In this document: in pieces, positions 32,588 through 41,322 of the stretch
Layout of the letters: every line of letters begins with the position of its first letter
Position numbering within the stretch: the stretch's first letter is position 1
From: Firmicutes bacterium CAG:475
GTDB taxonomy: Bacteria; Bacillota; Clostridia; Christensenellales; CAG-917
Assembly (NCBI GenBank): GCA_000434435.1
Contig: FR895563.1
Location: 1 to 54,460 of the forward strand
Reading direction: 5' to 3'
Length of the DNA: 54,460 nucleotides
Notes under the pieces: model-generated
Told to the model about the DNA's origin: nothing
Seen by the model: only the letters and a program-made list of their open reading frames with translations
Database searches by the model: none
Made by a program: the position numbers and the translations under genes

Positions 32588-35500
32588 ATGGACAGAAGAA
32601 CGACAAAAACTACACACTACTCGCTTGTGGCGTTGATATGCGTCCTTATCGTCACGTTCGCTCTCGGAATGGGTGGGGTTGCCACCGCCGGACAAGACGT
32701 GGCGAAAACGGATGCTGTTTCCGGATTTAGCAAAGTCGGCAATTTCGACATGGAAACGCTTCGCCAACAATACTTCAGTCAAACGGCCGTTCAGGAAACG
32801 ACCGCGTCATACAGCGGCAAACGCTGGGTTATAGTAGAGCTCGAAGGCGATTCGCTTTTTACGTCTTACGAAAACAGAGGATATTGGTACGGTGATTTTA
32901 CGACGTATTGCAACAGTGAAGAAGGCAAGTTGCTCAAAGCCGACATCGAGGCGTCACACAAAGATTTCCTCGCAGTACTCGACAACAATCGTATCGACTA
33001 CAAATACAAATATTCATACTCGACGCTCAACAACGGCGTTGCTCTGAAAGTCGATGCAGACACATTCAACGAGATTAAAAAGCTCGACGGTGTAAAGAGT
33101 GTTTATTATTCGGAATCCTATTCGATTCCGACTGTTGCCGTGAGCAACAACGCAAACGTCTATACGACGGGTATTTACGATTCGTCCAACCTCTCTTACA
33201 AGGGCGAAGGTATGGTGGTTGCCGTGCTCGACACCGGTCTTGATTATTCTCACGAGGCGTTTTCTACAATGCCGTCCAACCCTGCTTGGACGAAAGAATA
33301 TGTTGCGGCAAAGATGGCTGCAAGCACGAGATTCAACGCTCAAGCCACCGTTGACGAGGTGTACTACAACTCTAAAGTGCCTTTCGCATACGACTATGCG
33401 GACGACGACGCGGATGTTTATCCGTCCTATTCGACGCACGGCACGCACGTTGCAGGTATCGTCGCAGGTAAATCCGATTACGTCGTGAACAAAGAAACGG
33501 ACGAGACTTTCGTGGGCGTCGCTCCCGAAGCGCAACTTGTTATATGCAAAGTTTTCACCGACAACCTCGACAGCGATTCGTTGGGCGGTGCGGACACCAT
33601 CGACATCATCGCGGCGGTCAGCGACTGCGTTGAACTCGGCGTGGATGTCATCAACATGAGCCTTGGTTCGAGTGCGGGTTTCTCCAATGAAAAGAGCGAC
33701 GAACTCATCAACGAAGTTTATAACAGAGTGAGAGCGGCAGGCATCAGCCTTGTGGTTGCTGCGAGCAACGACTATTCCTCGGGCTTCGGCGGCGGCAACG
33801 GTACGAACCTTGCAAGCAATCCCGACAGCGGTACGGTCGGCTCTCCGTCCACTTACGGTGCGGCGCTTTCGGTTGCGTCCATCAACGGACAAAAGGCAAC
33901 CTTTATTCAAGCAAACAATGATGAAAATCAAGTTGCGTTTATCACCGAATCTTCGGACGCAAACGGCAACGAATACGACTTTGTCGAAAGACTTTACAAC
34001 ATCGCAGGCAAGAGCAAAGGCGATACGCTCAACTTCAAATACGTCGTCGTAGGCGGCGTGGGCAGAGCGACGAACTACACCTCGAAAATCAGAAGAGAAC
34101 TTCAAGACAAAACCGGTTACGACGGAACGATTGCTCTCATCAAGCGCGGCGACACGACTTTTGCGGACAAAGTGCAAACCGCAATGGACAACGGCGCGGA
34201 CGCGGTTATAATCTACAACAACTTGTCGGGTACGATAAGAATGTCGCTCGGCGACGTCAACAACCCCGTGCCTACTTGCTCCATTCCTATGGACGCAGGC
34301 AAGGTGTTCGTCGAAAAAGCGGACAAGGGCGTAGGCTCGGTGCAAATCAACTCCGAGTTCAAAGCGGGTCCGTTTATGTCCGACTTCTCGAGCTGGGGCC
34401 CGACTCCCGACTTGCAACTTAAACCTGAAATCACCGCTCACGGCGGAGAAATCACCAGTGCCGTTCCCGGCGGATACGACGTGTACAGCGGCACGAGTAT
34501 GGCTGCTCCGAACATGTCGGGTGCGATTGCGCTTTTAAGACAACATCTCAAAACCGCAAATCCCACTCTCACGGGCGTTGAGCTCAACGCAAGAGTAAAT
34601 CAAGTGCTTATGAGCACCGCAACGATTGCTCTCAACGACGAAGGAAACCCCTATTCGCCCAGAAAACAAGGCGCGGGACTTGCAGGCATTGCGGACGCTA
34701 TAAACGCGGAAAGCTTTATCACGGTCAAGGACAAAGACGGCAACGTCAGAGATAAGACCAAAGTCGAGCTTTACGACGACAAACAAAAAACCGGCATTTA
34801 CGAGTTTGAGTTTACCATCAACAACATATCGGGCAAAATCGAGCAATACGATCCCACCGTGTACGTTATGACGGAAACTCTTGCGTCGGACAACAAGACG
34901 GTTGCGGAAAAAGCGTATATGCTTTCGGACAGCACCATCGAGTACGTCGTTGACGGTGCGCCTCATACGGGAAGCATCAGTGTCGGCGCGGATATGACGA
35001 CCACCGTCAAGGTGAAAATCACTCTTTCGCAAGCGGCGAGAAATTATCTTGACAAGAGCTTCAAAAACGGTATGTACGTCGAAGGCTTCGTGTCTTTGAA
35101 AGGCGCGGATACGACCAAAGTCACCATTGGATTGCCTTATCTTGCGTTCTACGGCGACTGGACGGACGCTCCGCTCTTCGATTACAGCACCTACGAACTT
35201 GCAGAGAGCCAAAAGGACACCAATGTTCCTGCGGAAGATAAGCTCGTGGCAAGTGCGGCGGACACCAAAGTCATCGGCATGTACTTTGACGACAAATACA
35301 TCCTCCAACTCGGCGCGTACTTGTACGAGATGGACGAAAGCGAAGTGAAAATTTATCCCGAAAAGGAAAAAGCCGCCGTTTCTATGTTCGACAACAGAGG
35401 ACAAAGAACCATCTACGAAGTGTACATGGTTTATGCGGGACTTCTTCGCGGCGCGGCATACATGAACGTTGAAATCAAAGACGCAGCGACGGGACAAGTT

Positions 35501-38500
35501 ATCTACACCGAAAGACAAGAGAATATCAGCAAGTCTTATGCGGCGGGCGGCTCGAACAGGGCGGCGGCGATACAGCTTGAAATCAAGCCTTCCGAATGGA
35601 ACTTGCTCAACAACGGCACTTACTATGTGTCTTTGAAAGGCGAACTCGACTATCCGGGCGGCGAAAACCCCGACAGAAACTCTTTCGACTTCCAATTCAC
35701 AGTAGACTACGAAGCACCGCAAATGCTCGACTACCGCATCAGATATGAATCTTATACGGAAAACAAAAAAGTTAAATATCGTATCTATATGGACGTGGAC
35801 GTCGTCGACAACCAATATGTGCAAGACGTCATGCCCTGCTACGTAAAGACGGAAAGAGGACAACGCACGCTCACGCTTTTGACGGAGCATCCCATTCCCG
35901 TGTACGGCGGACAAGGACAAAAGAGCACGGTGTCTTTCGACATCACGGACATTTACGAGGACTACATCAAGACGGGCAAGATGTACATCGCGGTTGAAGA
36001 CTACGCAATGAATCAATCGACGTATATCATCAACGCCCAAGCAGGCCTAGACTATCCCGAAACGGTGCTTGTAAGCGACGCCGACGGCAGACTTATCGAC
36101 ACCGAAGAAACGGGCAAGAATACGAGCGGTGAAGGAAAGGAATATCCCATTTACGAGCTCGAAATCAAACAAAACGAGTTGTTTACGCCCTCGATAACCA
36201 CTCTTCCCGATGCAACCATGTCGCAAACGCTTTCGTGGTACGTTGACAGCGGAAGCAGATTCGTTGCCGTCAACAAGGAAGAAATCTTCGGTCTGGCGCA
36301 AGGCAGAGCCACGATTTATCTCAAAGACGGAGAGGAAAGCGACAGCTTGATTTACGCAAGAGTCGACGTTATCGTCGGTGAAGAAAGACTTGCAGAACCC
36401 GTTGCGGACAAAATCGTGTTCCCGACGGTGCTCAACGGCAGCGGATATGCCGTGAACGTGGACAAGTCGGATCTCGATCTCAACCCCGGACAAACTTTGC
36501 AAATCGTTGCAAGCATGTCTCCGTGGTACATCCAAAACGTCGAGTTTACATGGACGTCTACAAACCCTGCCGTCGTTGAAATCGACAACCTCGGCAACAT
36601 AACCGCAAAAGCGAAAGGCACTGCGTATATCGAAGCCAAAGCAAGCGGAACGCGTTTGAGCAAAAAACTGAAAATCGTCGTCGGCGACTATTACAGAATC
36701 CTCAACTACACGTTGTACGATTATTACGGCGGCGAAGAGTGCGTGATCCCCGAAGACAAGAACGTCATGTACATCGACGAAGAGTGCTTCTGGAACAACA
36801 CCACTTTGAAGAGAGTCGTGCTTCCCTCAACGCTTACCGAACTTCCCAAGACGGCGTTCAAGGGCTGCACAAATCTTGAAGAAATCGTCATTCCGAGCCA
36901 ATGCATCGTCATCGGTGAGAGCGCGTTCGAGGGTTGTACGAAACTCAAAACGGTCAAATTCGGAATGTTTACGGACAGAGATCACAACGTGTCCGACACG
37001 TACCACGGCGCAATAACGATCGGTCGCAATGCGTTTGCAAACTGCACGTCGCTTACGACGATTGAAAATCCGCAACGTATCACGACTGCCGGCAGCGGAG
37101 CGTTCTCGGGTTGCACGGCGCTTGAAAGCATCGACATTTCCGAGCTTCGCGTCACGGGCAGCGACGTGTTTGCAAACTGCACCAAACTTGCAAGCGTTAC
37201 GACGTCGAAATATACCGATATCGGCACGAATATGTTCTCGGGCTGCACGGCGTTGAAGAACTTCGTATTCAAAGGTTCTTACCTCAAAGAAGGCGCGTTC
37301 TACGGATGTACGGGACTTACGAGCTTCTCGTTCGAGCCGGAAGAGGAATTCCTCGGCATCGGCAACGATGCGCTTGCGGGAGTCAGAATATCCAAAATCG
37401 TACTCCCCGACGGAGAGTATTCGATAGGCGAGAGCGCGTTTGAAGGTTGCTTCAACCTCAGAGAAGTCGTTTTGCGCGCAAACACGAAACTTGTCGGCGG
37501 AAAATCCACTCCGTTTGCAAGTTGCGAGAAATTCGACAAATTCTCAATCAACGGCGAAAACGCAAATTACAGCGTTGGCGACGGCTCGATTGTGAAAGAC
37601 ACCGGCGTACTTTACAACAAAGATAAGACGCAAATCGTAAGCGTCCCGACCGCAAAGAAGGAATTCGAGATGCTTTCAAGCGTCGTTAGCATAGCGGACG
37701 GAGCGTTTGCAGGTTGCAACGCAATCACGACGCCCGACCTTTCCGGCATTTCGGAGATCGGAGCGTATGCGTTTGCAGGCAGTACGATCAAAACGGTGAC
37801 GTTCGGCAGCATAAGCGCACTTCCCGAAGGAATTTTTGCAAACTGCACCAGACTTTCCGAGGTCAACGGCTTGGGCGGCGTGACGTCGGTCGGTGCGTAT
37901 GCGTTTAAGGGAACGACGGTTCTTAAGAGCGTTACCCTTGCAAGCGCAACGAGCATCGGCAATTATGCATTCCAAAACAGCGGAGTGACGGAAGTCGTGG
38001 CAAACAACGTCGAGAGCATAGGAAACAACGCTTTTGCATCTTCCAAACTCACGGCTGCGAACTTTGAAAAAGCAACCAAGATCGGTGACAGAGCGTTTGT
38101 AACGTGCAACAATCTCGAAACCGTCAAACTCGGCGGTGTGACCGAGATGGGCAAGGAAACGTTCTTGTCGTCGCTCGCACTCAAAAACGTAACGTTCGGC
38201 AACGGCACGAAGGTTATCGGCGCATCCGCGTTCTACGCGTCGAGCGCACGCGCAAACCTTATTAGCGTCGTTATCCCCGACGGAATCGAGCAAATCGGCG
38301 AAAACGCGTTCTTCAATTGCTCCGCGCTTACGACCATCAACCTCACCGGCGTAAAGACGATAGGCGATTATGCGTTTTACGGCTGCTCTTCGCTTGAAAA
38401 CGCGGCTCTCGGCACTGCCGAGATCGTCGGCAAGGGTGCGTTTGCAAACACCGCACTCACGAGCGTAGACCTCACAAGCGCAAAAGAAATCGACGCTTAC

Positions 38501-40075
38501 GCGTTTATGAGCGCACCGCTTACAAGCGTAAACTTCGGCGCGGCAGAGTTTATTGGCGACTATGCGTTTGCAAACACTTCGCTTACGACCGTTACGCTTC
38601 CCGCGTCCTTCAACAAGGCGACGTACAAGTACACTTGGACGATTTACGACGAAAAGGGCAGAGTGGAACAAGTCAAATCGCGCAATATTCCGAGTTTCGG
38701 AGCAGGTGCGTTCTCGTCCATAAAGACGCTCACCGCAATCAACGTTGCGTCGGACGGCGAAATCGTGTCTATCGACGGCATACTTTATGCGGTTAGACCG
38801 GACGGCTACGAATTGTTGCAATATCCTGCCGGCAAGAGCGGCAAGTCCTACAAGACCGTTGACTGCACCGTCGCAATCGGCGACAGCGCGTTCGAAGGCG
38901 TTGAAGAGCTTGAAAACATCGAATTTGTCTACACGGTAGGCACGATCGGCAGCTATGCGTTCTATTCCAGCTCGGTGAAGAACTACACGTTCAACAGCGT
39001 CGAAGCCCCGACTTTACTTGCAAAATACGTCGATACGACGGGTATGAGCTCAAACGATATCGTGTACTTGCTCTTCGCTCAAAGCACGACGAGCACCACG
39101 ACGATAGGATCGACGATATACTACGCAAACTTCCTCGACTACGTCGCAAAACGTATCTACAAAGACTACTTCAATAAAGAGTTCTACGATGCGCCCGACT
39201 TCAAGTTGACGATGAACATCCCCAAGAACGGAACTGGTTACGACACGAACGTATGGACGGAGTTCTTCGGCACGATCAACAAGACGAGCAACATTCTTCC
39301 CGACGCGAAGACGCACGAAACCATCGACGCAATCGAAAGCATTGCCGAGATAATGACGGACGATCAAATTGCGGCGGCAACGGATATAACCGCACTCGAC
39401 GCAGTGGCGCAAGCGACGCAAAACGCAAGAAAGGCGTACAACTCTATCAACGATAAAGAGCAAATCGCTCTCCTTGGCGAATACGAACAAAAATTGCTTG
39501 TAACGGAAAAGGCAATAAGAACCGCAAAAGCAAGACTCGGTCAACCCGTTGCGCTTTCTCAATTGAAGATTGCAACCATTCCCAACAAGATCAGATACGT
39601 CGAAGGCGAATCGTTTGACGCAACGGGCATGGTTGTCAAAGCAATCTTTGCAGACCAAAGCGAAATCGTCGTCACCGACTACACGATTGACAAGACGGTA
39701 TTTGCGTACGGTGACGAAAAAGTCGTGGTAACCTATGTTTACGAAGGAAAGACCTACAACGTCGACTTGCTTGTGAACATCGAGCAAAAGACGACTCCCG
39801 TCAATCCCGACGGCCCGAATACCGACGGCAAAGTCGAAAAGGACGACAACAAGGCGGTTGTCATTGCAGTCAGCGTCGTCGTCCCCGTCGTTGTGATTGC
39901 AGGCGTTGCGGCGGCAGTGCTTGTCATCCTCAAAAAGAAGAAAGCAAGCAAGTTGCAAAGCAAAGAAGAGTCCGATGAAAACAACGTCAAATCGGACGAA
40001 AAAGAAACGTCGGACGAAATCGCGCAGGATACGGACGACAAAGAACAATCGGAAGAAAAATCCGACGAAGAATAA
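32588..40075 (+). CDS. Giant cell-envelope S8 subtilisin-like serine protease (2495 aa) with PA domain, Fn3-like and Ig-like domains, long BspA-type LRR array and C-terminal TM anchor
   Basis: The start is moved to the ATG at 32588, 6 nt after GGAG. An N-terminal signal/anchor helix is present. The catalytic triad motifs are VAVLDTG (Asp 33230-33232), HGTHVAG (His 33437-33439) and GTSMAAP (Ser 34496-34498). A PA insert (IALIKRGDTTFADKVQTAMDNGADAVIIYNN) lies between His and Ser. A Big_2-like segment lies at about 36478-36660 and a Big_3-like segment at about 39568-39780. The TM helix is at 39854-39931, followed by an acidic/Lys-rich tail. Confidence 0.93.
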   Translation: MDRRTTKTTHYSLVALICVLIVTFALGMGGVATAGQDVAKTDAVSGFSKVGNFDMETLRQQYFSQTAVQETTASYSGKRWVIVELEGDSLFTSYENRGYWYGDFTTYCNSEEGKLLKADIEASHKDFLAVLDNNRIDYKYKYSYSTLNNGVALKVDADTFNEIKKLDGVKSVYYSESYSIPTVAVSNNANVYTTGIYDSSNLSYKGEGMVVAVLDTGLDYSHEAFSTMPSNPAWTKEYVAAKMAASTRFNAQATVDEVYYNSKVPFAYDYADDDADVYPSYSTHGTHVAGIVAGKSDYVVNKETDETFVGVAPEAQLVICKVFTDNLDSDSLGGADTIDIIAAVSDCVELGVDVINMSLGSSAGFSNEKSDELINEVYNRVRAAGISLVVAASNDYSSGFGGGNGTNLASNPDSGTVGSPSTYGAALSVASINGQKATFIQANNDENQVAFITESSDANGNEYDFVERLYNIAGKSKGDTLNFKYVVVGGVGRATNYTSKIRRELQDKTGYDGTIALIKRGDTTFADKVQTAMDNGADAVIIYNNLSGTIRMSLGDVNNPVPTCSIPMDAGKVFVEKADKGVGSVQINSEFKAGPFMSDFSSWGPTPDLQLKPEITAHGGEITSAVPGGYDVYSGTSMAAPNMSGAIALLRQHLKTANPTLTGVELNARVNQVLMSTATIALNDEGNPYSPRKQGAGLAGIADAINAESFITVKDKDGNVRDKTKVELYDDKQKTGIYEFEFTINNISGKIEQYDPTVYVMTETLASDNKTVAEKAYMLSDSTIEYVVDGAPHTGSISVGADMTTTVKVKITLSQAARNYLDKSFKNGMYVEGFVSLKGADTTKVTIGLPYLAFYGDWTDAPLFDYSTYELAESQKDTNVPAEDKLVASAADTKVIGMYFDDKYILQLGAYLYEMDESEVKIYPEKEKAAVSMFDNRGQRTIYEVYMVYAGLLRGAAYMNVEIKDAATGQVIYTERQENISKSYAAGGSNRAAAIQLEIKPSEWNLLNNGTYYVSLKGELDYPGGENPDRNSFDFQFTVDYEAPQMLDYRIRYESYTENKKVKYRIYMDVDVVDNQYVQDVMPCYVKTERGQRTLTLLTEHPIPVYGGQGQKSTVSFDITDIYEDYIKTGKMYIAVEDYAMNQSTYIINAQAGLDYPETVLVSDADGRLIDTEETGKNTSGEGKEYPIYELEIKQNELFTPSITTLPDATMSQTLSWYVDSGSRFVAVNKEEIFGLAQGRATIYLKDGEESDSLIYARVDVIVGEERLAEPVADKIVFPTVLNGSGYAVNVDKSDLDLNPGQTLQIVASMSPWYIQNVEFTWTSTNPAVVEIDNLGNITAKAKGTAYIEAKASGTRLSKKLKIVVGDYYRILNYTLYDYYGGEECVIPEDKNVMYIDEECFWNNTTLKRVVLPSTLTELPKTAFKGCTNLEEIVIPSQCIVIGESAFEGCTKLKTVKFGMFTDRDHNVSDTYHGAITIGRNAFANCTSLTTIENPQRITTAGSGAFSGCTALESIDISELRVTGSDVFANCTKLASVTTSKYTDIGTNMFSGCTALKNFVFKGSYLKEGAFYGCTGLTSFSFEPEEEFLGIGNDALAGVRISKIVLPDGEYSIGESAFEGCFNLREVVLRANTKLVGGKSTPFASCEKFDKFSINGENANYSVGDGSIVKDTGVLYNKDKTQIVSVPTAKKEFEMLSSVVSIADGAFAGCNAITTPDLSGISEIGAYAFAGSTIKTVTFGSISALPEGIFANCTRLSEVNGLGGVTSVGAYAFKGTTVLKSVTLASATSIGNYAFQNSGVTEVVANNVESIGNNAFASSKLTAANFEKATKIGDRAFVTCNNLETVKLGGVTEMGKETFLSSLALKNVTFGNGTKVIGASAFYASSARANLISVVIPDGIEQIGENAFFNCSALTTINLTGVKTIGDYAFYGCSSLENAALGTAEIVGKGAFANTALTSVDLTSAKEIDAYAFMSAPLTSVNFGAAEFIGDYAFANTSLTTVTLPASFNKATYKYTWTIYDEKGRVEQVKSRNIPSFGAGAFSSIKTLTAINVASDGEIVSIDGILYAVRPDGYELLQYPAGKSGKSYKTVDCTVAIGDSAFEGVEELENIEFVYTVGTIGSYAFYSSSVKNYTFNSVEAPTLLAKYVDTTGMSSNDIVYLLFAQSTTSTTTIGSTIYYANFLDYVAKRIYKDYFNKEFYDAPDFKLTMNIPKNGTGYDTNVWTEFFGTINKTSNILPDAKTHETIDAIESIAEIMTDDQIAAATDITALDAVAQATQNARKAYNSINDKEQIALLGEYEQKLLVTEKAIRTAKARLGQPVALSQLKIATIPNKIRYVEGESFDATGMVVKAIFADQSEIVVTDYTIDKTVFAYGDEKVVVTYVYEGKTYNVDLLVNIEQKTTPVNPDGPNTDGKVEKDDNKAVVIAVSVVVPVVVIAGVAAAVLVILKKKKASKLQSKEESDENNVKSDEKETSDEIAQDTDDKEQSEEKSDEE
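36720..39000 (+). repeat. Coding tandem repeats: BspA-type leucine-rich repeats (about 25-30 units) inside the S8 protease gene
   Basis: Recurrent roughly 22-25-aa units of the form ...I.IP..V..IG..AF..C..L..V... (for example IGESAFEGCTKLKTVKF, IGRNAFANCTSLTTIEN, IGDYAFYGCSSLENAAL) are visible throughout this part of the translation. Confidence 0.8.
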
Positions 40076-40087
40076 CAAAAACACTCC

Positions 40088-40115
40088 CTCGTCCGCGCAA
40101 GCGTGCGCGGACGGG
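40088..40115 (+). other. GC-rich stem-loop after the protease gene, without U-tract
   Basis: A perfect 10-bp stem, CGTCCGCGCA (40090-40099) / TGCGCGGACG (40104-40113), has a 4-nt loop. It is followed by GGCGAGAATAAA, so it is not a canonical intrinsic terminator. Confidence 0.5.
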
Positions 40116-40155
40116 CGAGAATAAATATGGATTATAATCCGAAACGAGTATAAAA

Positions 40156-41259
40156 ATGAAAACAAAAAGAAGTTTACTGTTGGTTTGCGCTCTTGTCGTG
40201 TTGACGCTCTGCGTCACGCTTTGCGCATGCAATACGTCGCAAGCCAAACCCGACTATGACTATCTCGTCACTTTCGACTACAACGTCGGCACGCTCGATG
40301 CGAACTGTCAGACGCAATATCTCGGCGTGAAAGCAAATTCTCTGGTTGGATTGAAGCCCGGCACGAGAGACGATTTCAAGCAATACGAAGCGTCCGGATA
40401 CTATCTCGAAGGCTGGTATCTCCCCGAAAAAGATGCCGACGGCAACGTCGTCGTCGATGCGGATACGCAAATGGTCAAACTTGCGACGAAATGGGATTTT
40501 TCAACGATGAGAGTCAACTCCGACATGACGCTGTACGCAAGATTGCTCCGCGTGCCCACAATGGTTTTCGTCGATAGAGAAACGGGCGAGGAAGTCAAGA
40601 GAGAAACAGGCACTCCCGAATCGAGAAAAGAAAGACCGTCCGCCGTCGTCGAACCCGTAAAGAGCGGTTATACGCTTTATGAATACTACGTCGACGCAAC
40701 AAGCGAAGAAACTTTCGAATGGCCCTACGTTTTCGGGACGGAAGATATAACGGTGTACTGCAAGTATATCCAAGGTTCGTGGACGATCGTCAAGAGTGAA
40801 GATCAACTTCTGGCAGCATTGAGCTCAAACAAGAATATTTACCTCGATTGTGACCTCGACTTTACCGATAAAACCTGGAGATACGGCTCTTTCAACGGCA
40901 AGTTGAACGGCAACGGACACACAATCACAGGCATCAATCTGACGAGAAACTGCAACAAGTATACGCTGGGCGCAGGCATCTTCGGAACGCTCGGTGCAAA
41001 GACGGACATCTACAATCTTACGATCAAAGACGCAGTCGTCAACTTCAACGTTAAACTCGACAACGGCGAATTTGTGGGTGGATTCTTTGCATACGAAGCA
41101 AGAGAAGGCGCAAAAATCACCGACGTCAAGATCGTAAACGGCACGCTCAATTGCGATTTCGGCGACAACAAGACGTCAACGGCGTACGAATGGATTGCAA
41201 AAGACGCATCGACGACGCTGAATTGCGACTATTCCGGCGTTACGATAACGGGAGCGTAA
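40156..41259 (+). CDS. Surface lipoprotein (367 aa) with Listeria-Bacteroides (InlB B-type) repeats and a GLUG-type beta-helix unit
   Basis: The lipobox is LCAC-N. The B-repeat signatures YLVTFDYNVG...GYYLEGWY and SGYTLYEYY are present. The motif GSFNGKLNGNGHTITGINL is followed by GIFGTL...IYNLTIKDAVV and GGFFAY. Confidence 0.8.
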   Translation: MKTKRSLLLVCALVVLTLCVTLCACNTSQAKPDYDYLVTFDYNVGTLDANCQTQYLGVKANSLVGLKPGTRDDFKQYEASGYYLEGWYLPEKDADGNVVVDADTQMVKLATKWDFSTMRVNSDMTLYARLLRVPTMVFVDRETGEEVKRETGTPESRKERPSAVVEPVKSGYTLYEYYVDATSEETFEWPYVFGTEDITVYCKYIQGSWTIVKSEDQLLAALSSNKNIYLDCDLDFTDKTWRYGSFNGKLNGNGHTITGINLTRNCNKYTLGAGIFGTLGAKTDIYNLTIKDAVVNFNVKLDNGEFVGGFFAYEAREGAKITDVKIVNGTLNCDFGDNKTSTAYEWIAKDASTTLNCDYSGVTITGA

Positions 41260-41322
41260 AACAGGCTTTCGAAATATAAAATCGACAAAACAAAAAATAT
41301 TTACTTCATATAAGGAGACAAC

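Noticed and set aside
36720-39000. The periodic DNA repeats in this region could be a CRISPR array or satellite.
   Set aside because: The periodicity is at protein level (LRR units of about 66-75 nt with variable sequence) inside one continuous ORF. There are no identical direct repeats with unique spacers. No CRISPR array was seen anywhere in the window.
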